Source: Candidatus Acidiferrales bacterium
GTDB lineage: Bacteria > Acidobacteriota > Terriglobia > Acidiferrales > UBA7541
DNA: 64,000 bases
Reading direction: 5' to 3'
NCBI GenBank assembly: GCA_050746805.1
Contig: JBOGMW010000102.1
Span: 287-64,286 of the forward strand
In this document: piece after piece, positions 37,081 to 45,935 of the stretch
Numbering within the stretch: the first letter of the stretch is position 1
Layout: every line of letters begins with the position of its first letter
The notes under the pieces: model-generated
What the model was told of the DNA's origin: nothing
The model's database searches: none
Seen by the model: only the letters and a program-made list of their open reading frames with translations
Made by a program: the position numbers and the translations under genes

Positions 37081-38172
37081 TCACCTAGATTTCAAATAGT
37101 AGCCGGGGCGGGCGCGGACGATGACGTCGCGCTGATCGACGGTGACTCGGAGGATGTGAAAGCCGGGAGGACCGTCTGAAGGCGGACTAAAGCTGAGAAT
37201 GTATTGCGCGTGGAGTTCGCTGCCGATGCGATCGAGCGCGCTCTGCAGCGCCGATTCGCGTAGACCGCTGTAGTCGAAACCGCCGGTGGCGGCTGCGGCC
37301 ACTTCGAGCTGATGATGTTTGATCTCGTTGGTGCCGCGTTCAAGAAGCCACAGCGATGGTATGGCGAAACCGATGCATTGAGAGTCTCCATAGCCGGAAA
37401 CGGGCGAGGAGCACGGCGCGGCTGTGATAGGCGGAAGTCCGCGGATTTTTAACGGAGTCGGGTCCAGTTTGCCGGAGCGCAGGTCGGCTCCCACGCTGCT
37501 TTCTCCTACGACGAAAATTGAGATGTCGGCCCGTTCGGCTTCTCGCACGATTTCGCCGAGCGTGGCCCTGCTCCCACTATCCTGCGATTCGCCAACGACG
37601 AGCATGATGCGTCGCCATTTCCTTGGCTGCGTTTCCAATAGGTGAACGCCGGCCGCCATGCCGTCGTGGAGGTCCATTTCCGGCGTTTCGAATTTCGTCC
37701 CCTCGATTGCCTTTTCCAAAACATCGCGATCCGAAGTGAACGGCTGGCGGATGGTGACCGTCGAATCGTAAGTGATCATCGCCGCTTGGCTGTCGAGCGC
37801 CATAACCGTGTCCGCGAAGATGATTCCGAGGCTGTGAATCGCCGGCGCCGTCGAGTGCAAGCGCGAACTTGTGTCGAGCACCAGAGCGACCGCGAGAGGA
37901 TCGCCGCCAAGTTCCCAGTGATCTAGTTTCTGTTCGACGCCATTGTCGAATACGTGAAAATGGGATTGCGATAGATTGAGGACCAATTCACCGTGGCGAG
38001 TGGTGACGGTTACTGGGATGGTCACTTCGTTGGTGGTCACGCGAATGGGATTTTTGGCCACTGCGGGAGGAGGCGGCGACTGAGCGAGGACAACGAGCGA
38101 AATGAGTGCAATGAATGCAATGAATGAAACGATTACGCCCAAACGGTGGACCGGCAGACAGATCACACACAT
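37081..38172 (-). CDS. VWA-domain protein (TIGR03436-like acidobacterial VWFA family), signal-anchored
   Basis: MCVICLPVHRLGVIVSFIAFIALISLVVLAQ. IRVTTNEVTIPVTVTTRHGELVLNLSQSHFHVFDNGVEQKL. MIDAS-type VLDTSSR. The ORF stays open upstream to 38457, but that part is R/S/P-rich. Confidence 0.75.
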   Translation of the reverse strand: MCVICLPVHRLGVIVSFIAFIALISLVVLAQSPPPPAVAKNPIRVTTNEVTIPVTVTTRHGELVLNLSQSHFHVFDNGVEQKLDHWELGGDPLAVALVLDTSSRLHSTAPAIHSLGIIFADTVMALDSQAAMITYDSTVTIRQPFTSDRDVLEKAIEGTKFETPEMDLHDGMAAGVHLLETQPRKWRRIMLVVGESQDSGSRATLGEIVREAERADISIFVVGESSVGADLRSGKLDPTPLKIRGLPPITAAPCSSPVSGYGDSQCIGFAIPSLWLLERGTNEIKHHQLEVAAAATGGFDYSGLRESALQSALDRIGSELHAQYILSFSPPSDGPPGFHILRVTVDQRDVIVRARPGYYLKSR

Positions 38173-38440
38173 GCCAGGGGAATGGTGCACGTAATGCAAA
38201 GTTGACGCCAGGCCATCGCCGGGGCCGTCGCTGCCAGAAACCGGAACTGCGGCGCTGCTCCTGCTACGAGTGCGGTGCGACCGTCGGGCCAGATGGTATG
38301 CGGCAAAGGGTGCCATGCGCGGCGGCTGTGGAGTCGGCAAAAAATGCCTCATGCTGCGCGGCGTGCGATTCGAGGACCTGCGAGCGGCTGCGGACGTTGC
38401 GGTGCAAGCAGTTGCGCCGGCGATGTGGAAAGTACGGCGA

Positions 38441-38456
38441 TGGCTCTGATCTTGCA
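38441..38456 (+). promoter_or_regulatory. sigma54-type promoter (-24/-12) for flgF operon
   Basis: TGGCTC-TGATC-TTGCA compared with the consensus TGGCAC-N5-TTGCA. The GC of the -12 element lies 28 nt upstream of the flgF ATG, leaving a leader that carries the GAGGGA SD. Confidence 0.55.
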
Positions 38457-38482
38457 CTGGAGAAGAGCCGAAGAGGGAAATT

Positions 38483-39220
38483 ATGGGTAGCGGATTTTAT
38501 GCGGCTTACACGGGACTGGCGGCGCGGATGAGCGAGCTGGACGTGGTAGCGAACAATTTGGCGAACGTGTCGACCACCGGGTATCGCGGGCAGAACGAAT
38601 TTTACAACGCGGTAACGGCGAGCCAGGAGCCGCAGGCGATGAGTCCATTGAATGTGGCGATTAATGATTATGGCGTGCTGGGCGGAACCAGCATCGATTT
38701 CGCGCAGGGAAATTTGCAGCAGACGGGGAACAACCTCGACTTGGCGATCAAAGGGCCGGGGTTTTTCGCGGTGCGGACCGCGGGCGGAGTGCGATACACG
38801 CGCGATGGCGCGTTTCATGTGAGCGCGGCGGGCGAGATCGTGAACGAGCAGGGCGACGCGGTGTTGAACCCGAAAAATCTGCCGATTCAAGTGCCGCTCG
38901 GGACGGTAACGATCGCGCAGGACGGCACGGTCTCGGTGGACGGCGCGATTGCCGGGCAGGTGCAGGTGTCGGAGTTTGCATCGGACGCGCAACTGGAGCC
39001 GGAAGGCGACACGAATTTTATTGCGCCGTCGGGCGCGGCTCAGCCGGCGAAGAACTCGACGGTGGCTTCGGGGATGCTGGAGTCGTCGAATCTGAATGCG
39101 ATTCAGGAGACGGTGTCGCTGCTGGTGCTGCAACGTCATGCGGACATGATGGAGAAGGCGCTGTCGATTTTTCTGGACGATTTCAATCGCACGGCGGTGC
39201 AGGAATTGGCAGTGGATTGA
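38483..39220 (+). CDS. flgF: flagellar basal-body rod protein FlgF
   Basis: MGSGFYAAYTGLAARMSELDVVANNLANVSTTGYRGQ ... MLESSNLNAIQETVSLLVLQRHADMMEKAL. Confidence 0.9.
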   Translation: MGSGFYAAYTGLAARMSELDVVANNLANVSTTGYRGQNEFYNAVTASQEPQAMSPLNVAINDYGVLGGTSIDFAQGNLQQTGNNLDLAIKGPGFFAVRTAGGVRYTRDGAFHVSAAGEIVNEQGDAVLNPKNLPIQVPLGTVTIAQDGTVSVDGAIAGQVQVSEFASDAQLEPEGDTNFIAPSGAAQPAKNSTVASGMLESSNLNAIQETVSLLVLQRHADMMEKALSIFLDDFNRTAVQELAVD

Positions 39221-39415
39221 CGCGCGGGTGAAACGGCGCGACACGAGGCGCGCTGCGGCGCGCACTCATGTCGCAGCTAAAAGCTGCGACCCACAAAGGA
39301 TCTCGAAGCGCCGTAATGGAACCGAATGGGAAGTGGGCCGCGCCGGGCGCAAAGATGTTCGTGATCAGAGGCAATTCTAAAGGCTGCGAGCGAGAATTTT
39401 GCAAGGGGGCTGAAC

Positions 39416-40207
39416 ATGTTTCGTTCTTTGTACACGGCGGCGAGCGGGATGGAAGCGCAGGAGATGAATCTCGATAACATCGCCAACAACTTGTCGAACG
39501 CCAATAGCACAGGATTTCGCAGGCGGCGGCTGGATTTCGAGGACTTGATTTACCAGAACATGGTGACGCCGGGCGCTCCGAACACGCAACAGACGGTGAT
39601 ACCGGCGGGATTGCAGGTGGGACTAGGGTCGCGCCCAGTAGCTACGGAGGTGATTCAGCAGCAAGGCAATTTCGATTCGACGGGCAATCCGCTCGACTTG
39701 GCAATTCAGGGCGCGGGATATTTTCAAGTACTGCTGCCGAGCGGAGAAATCGCGTACACGCGCGCGGGGAATTTTACCGTCGATAACGTGGGGAATTTGG
39801 TGACGCAGGATGGAAATCCGGTGCAGCCGGCGATCACTATTCCGCCGGACGCATTGACGGTGACGGTGGGAAACGACGGCACGGTGAGCGTGACGGAGCC
39901 GGGACAACAGCAGCCCGCGCAGGTGGGATCGATTCAACTAGCGACGTTTCAAAATCCGGGCGGGCTGAACAGCATGGGTGCGAATTTGTTTGAGACGACG
40001 GGCGCGTCGGGCGATCCAATCGTGGGAACGCCGGGCGGTGCGGAGGGCCTTGGTACGGTGCAGCAGGGAATGCTGGAAGAGTCGAACGTGGACGTGGTGA
40101 CGGAGTTCGTAAATATGATTGTGGCGCAAAGGTCGTATGAGGCGAGCTCGCAGGTGATCAAGGCGGCCAATGAGATGTTTCAGACGGTGAACAATCTGGA
40201 GACGTAG
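39416..40207 (+). CDS. flgG: flagellar distal rod protein FlgG
   Basis: MFRSLYTAASGMEAQEMNLDNIANNLSNANSTGFRRRRLDFEDLIYQ ... MLEESNVDVVTEFVNMIVAQRSYEASSQVIKAANEMFQ. Confidence 0.95.
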   Translation: MFRSLYTAASGMEAQEMNLDNIANNLSNANSTGFRRRRLDFEDLIYQNMVTPGAPNTQQTVIPAGLQVGLGSRPVATEVIQQQGNFDSTGNPLDLAIQGAGYFQVLLPSGEIAYTRAGNFTVDNVGNLVTQDGNPVQPAITIPPDALTVTVGNDGTVSVTEPGQQQPAQVGSIQLATFQNPGGLNSMGANLFETTGASGDPIVGTPGGAEGLGTVQQGMLEESNVDVVTEFVNMIVAQRSYEASSQVIKAANEMFQTVNNLET

Positions 40208-40983
40208 TGACGGGATACGCGGAGTGGAGCATGAGTATCGATCCGAAGAAAGTTTGGCGCGGACGGCGACGAGCGGCGGGAAACCCGGCGCGGATCGCGG
40301 CGTTGGCTATGCTGGCCGCATGGGGGCTGGCTGCGGCGGGCGCCGCGGTGGCGCGAAGCGACGAGTCGAGGACGCGACGCGTGACGCGCGAGGAAGTGGT
40401 GGCGGCGATCGAGCGGACACTGCGTGCGAATTGGTCCGCGTCGGGCGAAGGGCAGGGGGCTGGCGAGGCGCTGTCAGTGGACGACGTGCAGCTGGCGGCG
40501 GAAGTGGACGTTACGGAAAGCGCACCGCAATTGCAAGTGGCGCAGATTCAGGCGGCACCGGACGGGGCGACGACCCGAGTTCTCGTGTGGGTGACGTCGG
40601 AGCCGCGCGTGCCGCCGTTTTGGGTGCGAGTCGATCGCAGAATCGAAATCGGCGACGTGAGCAGACGGCGCGAGTTGATCGGGGGCGTCGAAGCTCCGAT
40701 GCGAGTGGCGACCGCGCCCGCTGCACGGATAGCGATTGTGCCGGTAAGTGCACGCATGAAGCGGTCGGGTGCGGGCCGCGGCGATGCACTGGGCGCTGTG
40801 CTAGTGAAGAGCGGTGATCCGGTGGAATTGGTGGTGCGAGTTGGCGGCATGAGGATTCAGGGAACGGGGATTCCTCTGGAGCGCGGCAGGAGAGGCGACG
40901 AGGTACGGGTGCGCGCGGCACCGTCTGGGAAAGTTTTGGTGGGCACGGTGGTGGGCGAGCAGATCGTGCAGGTGAGTTTCTGA
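40207..40983 (+). CDS. flgA: P-ring assembly chaperone FlgA
   Basis: C-terminus VLVKSGDPVELVVRVGGMRIQGTGIPLERGRRGDEVRVRAAPSGKVLVGTVVGEQIVQV. Position before flgH. Confidence 0.8.
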   Translation: MTGYAEWSMSIDPKKVWRGRRRAAGNPARIAALAMLAAWGLAAAGAAVARSDESRTRRVTREEVVAAIERTLRANWSASGEGQGAGEALSVDDVQLAAEVDVTESAPQLQVAQIQAAPDGATTRVLVWVTSEPRVPPFWVRVDRRIEIGDVSRRRELIGGVEAPMRVATAPAARIAIVPVSARMKRSGAGRGDALGAVLVKSGDPVELVVRVGGMRIQGTGIPLERGRRGDEVRVRAAPSGKVLVGTVVGEQIVQVSF

Positions 40984-40994
40984 GGAGATTTTCG

Positions 40995-41723
40995 GTGACG
41001 CATGTGACGGGCAAATGGGCAGTGAAGTTGCGAGCGACGGCGTTGGGATGCGCCGCGGCGCTGATGTTACTGAGCGCGGAAAGCGCGACCGCGAAAGGCA
41101 AAAACAAACCGGCGAAACCAGACACGATAAACGCGTATATCGCGCAGTTTCCGCCGGAGCGAGCGTATGTGGCGACCACCGGAAGCTTATGGAATCCGAC
41201 GGGGCGGTTGAGCGATGTAGCGAGCGATGCCAAAGCGCGTTACGCGGGAGATCAGATGACGATTCAACTGGTGGAATCGACCACGTCGGCGCTGCAGGGA
41301 AGCGTGCAGACGTCGCGCTCGCTCGCGGCATCGTCGAGCATCGGAGCGTTTTTCGGCAAGGTGGCCGGCGGATCGGCCGCGCAGAACATTTTCTCGCCCA
41401 ATTCATCACAGGCGCTGGCGGGCAAGGGGCAGACAGCGCTGGCAACGTCCCTCGATACCACGCTGGCGGCGAATGTCACGCAGGTGCTGCCGAACGGACT
41501 GCTGGTGATCGAGGCTCGGCGGCAAGTGGAAGTGAGCCAGCAGCGGCAGACCATGGTGCTGCGCGGAATTGTGCGTCCGCAGGATATCTCGCCAAACGAT
41601 GTGGTGCTTTCGACGTCGATCAGCCATTTGGAAGTGACGCTGGACGGCAAGGGCGTGCTGACGGAATCGACGCGGCAGCCAGGGCTGATCGTACGCACGC
41701 TGCTGCACTTCTTTAGTTTCTGA
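40995..41723 (+). CDS. flgH: flagellar L-ring protein FlgH
   Basis: SLWNPTGRLSDVASDAKARYAGDQMTIQLVESTTS...VLPNGLLVIEARRQVEVSQQRQTMVLRGIVRPQDISPNDVVLSTSISHLEV. Confidence 0.9.
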   Translation: MTHVTGKWAVKLRATALGCAAALMLLSAESATAKGKNKPAKPDTINAYIAQFPPERAYVATTGSLWNPTGRLSDVASDAKARYAGDQMTIQLVESTTSALQGSVQTSRSLAASSSIGAFFGKVAGGSAAQNIFSPNSSQALAGKGQTALATSLDTTLAANVTQVLPNGLLVIEARRQVEVSQQRQTMVLRGIVRPQDISPNDVVLSTSISHLEVTLDGKGVLTESTRQPGLIVRTLLHFFSF

Positions 41724-41731
41724 CGAGGCGA

Positions 41732-42916
41732 ATGATGGCGGAGACGCGAAGCGAGAGCTGGATGCGGAGAGGGGCGGCGGAGAATCAGCCGCGCGTGATT
41801 GCGCTGGTTTGCGTTTGCGCGGCTGCTTTGATCTTCGGCGCGGGAGCGCGGGCAGATCAGAGGAAAGTGGAAGGGCGGCCCGTTCGGCTGCGCGATATCA
41901 CGACGGTCGAAGGCGTGCGCGACAATCCGCTGATCGGCTACGGCTTGGTGGTGGGATTGAAGCGCACGGGCGACAGCCAGCAGACGATTTTTTCGACGCA
42001 AACGCTGGCAAATATTTTGCAGCGGATGGGATTGCAGATCCCGGTTTCGTCGGTGCAGATACGCAACGTGGCGGCGGTGTTCGTGACGGCGACGCTGCCG
42101 CCGTTCGCGGAGCCGGGGATGCGGATTGACGTGACGGTTTCGTCGATCGGCGATGCCAAGAGTATCGAGGGCGGAATTTTACTGATGACGCCGTTGCACG
42201 CGAGCAATGGCGACGTTTACGCGGAAGCGCAAGGCGCCCTGACAATCGCGGGATACACGGCGGGCGGGCACGGCACGACGGCCACCGTGAATCAGCCGAC
42301 GGTGGGGCGGGTTCCCAACGGAGCGATTGTGGAGCGCGACGTGGCCGTGGATTTATCAAGCATGAAGACGATTTCGTTGTTGCTGCGGCAGCCGGATTTC
42401 AAAGTGGCGAACGAAACCGCGGAAGCAATCGCCAAAGTGATGGGGCAGGGCGTGGCGCGAGCCGTGGACGGAAGCCGAATTGAAATCAATCCCACGGGAA
42501 TCGCGCCGGAGGGAATTCCCGGCTTGCTGGCGAAGATCGGCGATTTGACGGTAGACGTGCCTCCAGTGGCGAAAGTGGTGATCAACGAGCGGACTGGAAC
42601 CGTAGTGCTGGGGCGCGACGTGAGCTTGGGCGCGTGCTCGATTTTGCAAGGAAGCTTGGCGGTGGACATCACAACGACTTTCAACGTGTCGCAGCCAGCA
42701 CCGTTTTCTCAGAATGGACAAACGACCGTGACGCCCCAGACGAACGTCCAGGCCAAGGAACAACCGGCGCAGGCGGTGCAGTTGCAGGAGGGTGCAACGG
42801 TGGAGGACCTGGTGCGCGGGCTGCAGGCCATCGGCGCCACGTCGCGAGACATCGTGGCAATCTTGCAGGCGATCAAGGCAGCGGGTGCGCTGCAGGCCGA
42901 CTTGGAGGTGATTTGA
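41732..42916 (+). CDS. flgI: flagellar P-ring protein FlgI
   Basis: RLRDITTVEGVRDNPLIGYGLVVGLKRTGDSQQTIFSTQTLANILQRMG...VINERTGTVVLG. Confidence 0.95.
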   Translation: MMAETRSESWMRRGAAENQPRVIALVCVCAAALIFGAGARADQRKVEGRPVRLRDITTVEGVRDNPLIGYGLVVGLKRTGDSQQTIFSTQTLANILQRMGLQIPVSSVQIRNVAAVFVTATLPPFAEPGMRIDVTVSSIGDAKSIEGGILLMTPLHASNGDVYAEAQGALTIAGYTAGGHGTTATVNQPTVGRVPNGAIVERDVAVDLSSMKTISLLLRQPDFKVANETAEAIAKVMGQGVARAVDGSRIEINPTGIAPEGIPGLLAKIGDLTVDVPPVAKVVINERTGTVVLGRDVSLGACSILQGSLAVDITTTFNVSQPAPFSQNGQTTVTPQTNVQAKEQPAQAVQLQEGATVEDLVRGLQAIGATSRDIVAILQAIKAAGALQADLEVI

Positions 42917-43350
42917 TGAGTGTTGGAGGCGCGGCGTGCGCGGGCCTGGCGCAGATGAGCGGCGAGGCGGAGGGCGCGGCAGCATGGGCGAAGGGCGGCG
43001 CGAAGTCCGCTGGAAATGCTGTGAGGAGTATGGACAGCAAGAGGCAACAGGCCGAAATGCTGAAGCTAAAAAAGGCAGCAACGCAGTTCGAGGCTATGCT
43101 GCTGGAGAAATGGTGGTCCTCCATGAAGGAGAGCGGGCTGAGCGAAGACGACAGCAGCGATCCGGGGCAGGGCACGCTGGACAACATGGGAATGCAGGCC
43201 ATGTCCACTGCGGTTGCGGGCGCGGGAGGCATCGGAATCGCGTCCATGTTGGTGCATAGCTTGCAGGGGGAGATAGCGAGCGAAAGCGCCCAAGCGACAG
43301 CGGTTGCAAGCGTCGCAAAAGCACCAGTGGCGAGCATTAAATCGAATTAG
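42916..43350 (+). CDS. flgJ: rod-binding protein (FlgJ N-terminal-type, no muramidase domain)
   Basis: KKAATQFEAMLLEKWWSSMKESG matches the Rod_binding core. 144 aa. TGATG junction with flgI. Confidence 0.7.
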   Translation: MSVGGAACAGLAQMSGEAEGAAAWAKGGAKSAGNAVRSMDSKRQQAEMLKLKKAATQFEAMLLEKWWSSMKESGLSEDDSSDPGQGTLDNMGMQAMSTAVAGAGGIGIASMLVHSLQGEIASESAQATAVASVAKAPVASIKSN

Positions 43351-43402
43351 CGTAGTGAGTTGCGGAGCGTATCGAGTTGAGCGAGAGCCAAGCGCGAATC
43401 GA

Positions 43403-43429
43403 TGAAGATAAGCAAAGTTTCGCCGATTT
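43403..43429 (+). promoter_or_regulatory. sigma28-like promoter (weaker, distal) upstream of flgM
   Basis: TGAA-N15-GCCGATTT. Confidence 0.4.
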
Positions 43430-43460
43430 GAGTAATTGAGGGCAAAGCGTCCGCGTGGAT

Positions 43461-43487
43461 TAAAGGTTTCTTAATCGCGGCCGATTA
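43461..43487 (+). promoter_or_regulatory. sigma28-type promoter upstream of flgM
   Basis: TAAAG-N14-GCCGATTA, the same architecture as the fliC promoter. It lies 32 nt upstream of the flgM GTG. Confidence 0.65.
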
Positions 43488-43518
43488 AGAGCACAGATCG
43501 AACAGTAATTCTGGAGGC

Positions 43519-43848
43519 GTGCAAGTGAGGATCGATCCAAACTTGGGAGCGTCACAAGCCCAGGGAACGGAACGGGCGGCGAGCCCGGAGAATACGGCGG
43601 CGCCTTCGTCGGCGTCGAAGCCACTGCGAATTTCGAACCAGGATAGCGGCGATCAGGCGAACCTCTCCGCGGATGCGCAGCAGCTATCGAATTTGAGCCA
43701 GGCACTGAACGACGTGCCGCAGGTCCGGCAGGAGCGCGTTGCGCCACTGAGCAAGGCGGTGCAGAGCGGCACGTACGCGGCGCAGAACCAGCAGATCGCG
43801 CAATCGATGCTGCGCGATTTCCGGATGACGAGTTCGTCGAGCCAATAA
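43519..43848 (+). CDS. flgM: anti-sigma28 factor FlgM
   Basis: 109 aa. DQANLSADAQQLSNLSQALNDVPQVRQERVAPLSKAVQSGTYAAQNQQIAQSML. Confidence 0.85.
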   Translation: MQVRIDPNLGASQAQGTERAASPENTAAPSSASKPLRISNQDSGDQANLSADAQQLSNLSQALNDVPQVRQERVAPLSKAVQSGTYAAQNQQIAQSMLRDFRMTSSSSQ

Positions 43849-43879
43849 CATTGGGGCATTAACGCCTGGAGCGAGCGGT

Positions 43880-44065
43880 ATGGCGGAACCGACGTCGCGG
43901 ATTGAGCCGGCAACTTCGTATAACGAGCCAGAGTCCAACGTGGCTTCGCGGCGTGGCCGCGAAAAGCGGCGTCCTAAGGCGAAGTCGCCGGATGACTTGG
44001 CGGAACTCACTGCAGCGGACGATGTGGACGAGCAAGAAAAACATTCTCTGGATACCCTGGCATGA
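43880..44065 (+). CDS. 61-aa charged hypothetical protein between flgM and flgN
   Basis: MAEPTSRIEPATSYNEPESNVASRRGREKRRPKAKSPDDLAELTAADDVDEQEKHSLDTLA. Its stop overlaps the next start (ATGA). Confidence 0.4.
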   Translation: MAEPTSRIEPATSYNEPESNVASRRGREKRRPKAKSPDDLAELTAADDVDEQEKHSLDTLA

Positions 44066-44562
44066 GCGCTGTAGTCGAAACCGCACAACTCGCAGAAGCC
44101 ATCGAGGCGCAATCACGCCTGATGCGCAAGCTTGCAAACGAGATGGAAGAATCGCGCACCGCGTACATTGCCATGAACCTGGAAGCGATCTACGGGCACG
44201 TGACGGCGCAAACGGAACTTTGCGAACGCTTGAGCGAAGCCGATCGTGCGCGCGCCGCAGCTTCGCAGGCGTTGCGTGCGGCTCTACCGGCGGAACTTTG
44301 GACTGAAGGAAACGCTCTGCCAGACGACTTGAACCGCTGGTTTGCCACCATCGATCCAGCCTCGGCCGAGAGGCTGCGCCACGCGATTACGGATATGGCG
44401 CTGGCCGAAGGACAGGCGCGGCATTTGCATCGAGCGCACGCGGTGATGCTGGAGGGATCGCGGCGCACTATCCAAATGCTAGCCAACGCGCTGACGACCT
44501 TCTCTCCATTTTACTCTGCGCCACAGGGCGGGACACCTGCCGTGGAGGCGAGGCAGGCATGA
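44062..44562 (+). CDS. flgN: FlgN-like export chaperone
   Basis: 166-aa helical protein. Conserved position between flgM and flgK. LAEAIEAQSRLMRKLANEMEESRTAYIAMNLEAIYGHVTAQTELCERL. ATGA overlap with flgK. Confidence 0.55.
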   Translation: MSAVVETAQLAEAIEAQSRLMRKLANEMEESRTAYIAMNLEAIYGHVTAQTELCERLSEADRARAAASQALRAALPAELWTEGNALPDDLNRWFATIDPASAERLRHAITDMALAEGQARHLHRAHAVMLEGSRRTIQMLANALTTFSPFYSAPQGGTPAVEARQA

Positions 44563-45935
44563 GCCTGAGTTCCAGCCTGCTGATCGCGGTGCAGTCCATG
44601 CTCACCGATCAGGGCGCGATGAACGTGGTAAGCAACAACATCTCCAACGTGAACACTCCGGGATACACGCGGGAAGTGGCCAACCTGGTGGAAAACCCGC
44701 CGGCAATGTACGGCGGACTGCCGTTTGGCACCGGAGTGGACCTGCAGAGCGTACAGAGCGTGCGCGATAACGTGCTGCAGTTGCGGTTGAATCAGGAAAC
44801 GCAGAATCAAGGCAAGTTCGACACGCTGTCCATGGGGCTGAACCAGATTCAGACGCTCTTCAACGAGCCGGCAGGATCGGGATTGCAGAGCTTGATCAGC
44901 CAGTTCTTCAACAGTTTTCAGCAGCTTTCGGCCGATCCAACGAATTCCGGGCTGCGGCAGAGCGTGATCAGCTCAGCGCAGGCGCTGGCGGCTGGTTTTA
45001 ATCAGACGGCGTCCGCGCTCGTGACGCAACAGCAGGATGCGGACCAGGCGGTGGTGCAAACCGCGCAGCAGATCAATCAGCTCACTTCACAAATCGCCAA
45101 GCTGAATGGACAAATTTCCGCCACTTCCGGAGGCGGGCAGGACGCTAATACGTTCATCGACCAGCGCGGGCAACTGATCAACCAGCTTTCGCAACTCGTG
45201 GATGTGCAGTCGATCACGGCGGACGGCGGAAGCCTGACGCTGACGACCACTGGCGGTGCGGCGCTGGTGGTGGGCAACCAGAGTTTTAACTTGCAGACGG
45301 AGACCAATTTATCGACCGGCTTTCACGATGTTTACGCGCAGGGCGCGGACATCACCAGCTCGATCCAGTCGGGCGATCTTGCGGCAGATATTCAACTGCG
45401 CGACCAGGAAATCCCGTCGATTGTGAGTAACCTGGACACGCTGGCGAATGGAATTGCCACGTCCGCGAACACTCAAAACGCGGCAGGCTTCGATTTGAAT
45501 GGCAATCCCGGCGCTAATATCTTCGTGCCGCCGACGGGTGTGGCAGGCTCGGCTTTGAATCTAGCCGTCACCATTACCGATCCGAACACGATCGGAGCCA
45601 GTTCCGACGGGACACCCGGCGACAACGCGAATGCGACGGCGCTGGCGAATCTGCAAAACCAGAACATCGTCAGCGGGCAGACGCCGATCGATTTTTATTC
45701 CGGTATCGTGTTTCAGGTGGGCAGCGATGCGTCCAATGCCTCGAGCCAGCTTTCCGGAGAGAAACTGCTGGTGCAGCAATTGCAAGATCAAGTGAACGCG
45801 GTTTCCGGCGTGTCGCTGGACGAAGAAGCCGCCAACCTGGTGCAATTCCAGAACGCTTACAACGCATCTGCGCGCGTGGCATCGATCGTGGCTAGTCTGT
45901 TTCAGACGGCGATTAACATGACGGGTAGCTCATGA
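44559..45935 (+). CDS. flgK: hook-associated protein 1 FlgK
   Basis: MSLSSSLLIAVQSMLTDQGAMNVVSNNISNVNTPGYTRE ... VSLDEEAANLVQFQNAYNASARVASIV. Confidence 0.95.
   Translation: MSLSSSLLIAVQSMLTDQGAMNVVSNNISNVNTPGYTREVANLVENPPAMYGGLPFGTGVDLQSVQSVRDNVLQLRLNQETQNQGKFDTLSMGLNQIQTLFNEPAGSGLQSLISQFFNSFQQLSADPTNSGLRQSVISSAQALAAGFNQTASALVTQQQDADQAVVQTAQQINQLTSQIAKLNGQISATSGGGQDANTFIDQRGQLINQLSQLVDVQSITADGGSLTLTTTGGAALVVGNQSFNLQTETNLSTGFHDVYAQGADITSSIQSGDLAADIQLRDQEIPSIVSNLDTLANGIATSANTQNAAGFDLNGNPGANIFVPPTGVAGSALNLAVTITDPNTIGASSDGTPGDNANATALANLQNQNIVSGQTPIDFYSGIVFQVGSDASNASSQLSGEKLLVQQLQDQVNAVSGVSLDEEAANLVQFQNAYNASARVASIVASLFQTAINMTGSS

Noticed and set aside
38183-38198. Second sigma54-like element TGGTGCA-CGTA-ATGCA about 285 nt upstream of flgF.
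   Set aside because: Both half-sites match more weakly than the proximal element at 38441..38456. It lies immediately beside the divergent VWA start, and nothing independent supports it.
40995-41100. Expected lipoprotein signal (lipobox Cys) for the L-ring protein FlgH.
   Set aside because: The only Cys (…ATALGCAAAL…) is not in a canonical L-(A/S)-(G/A)-C context. I cannot decide between a signal peptidase I and II substrate from sequence alone.
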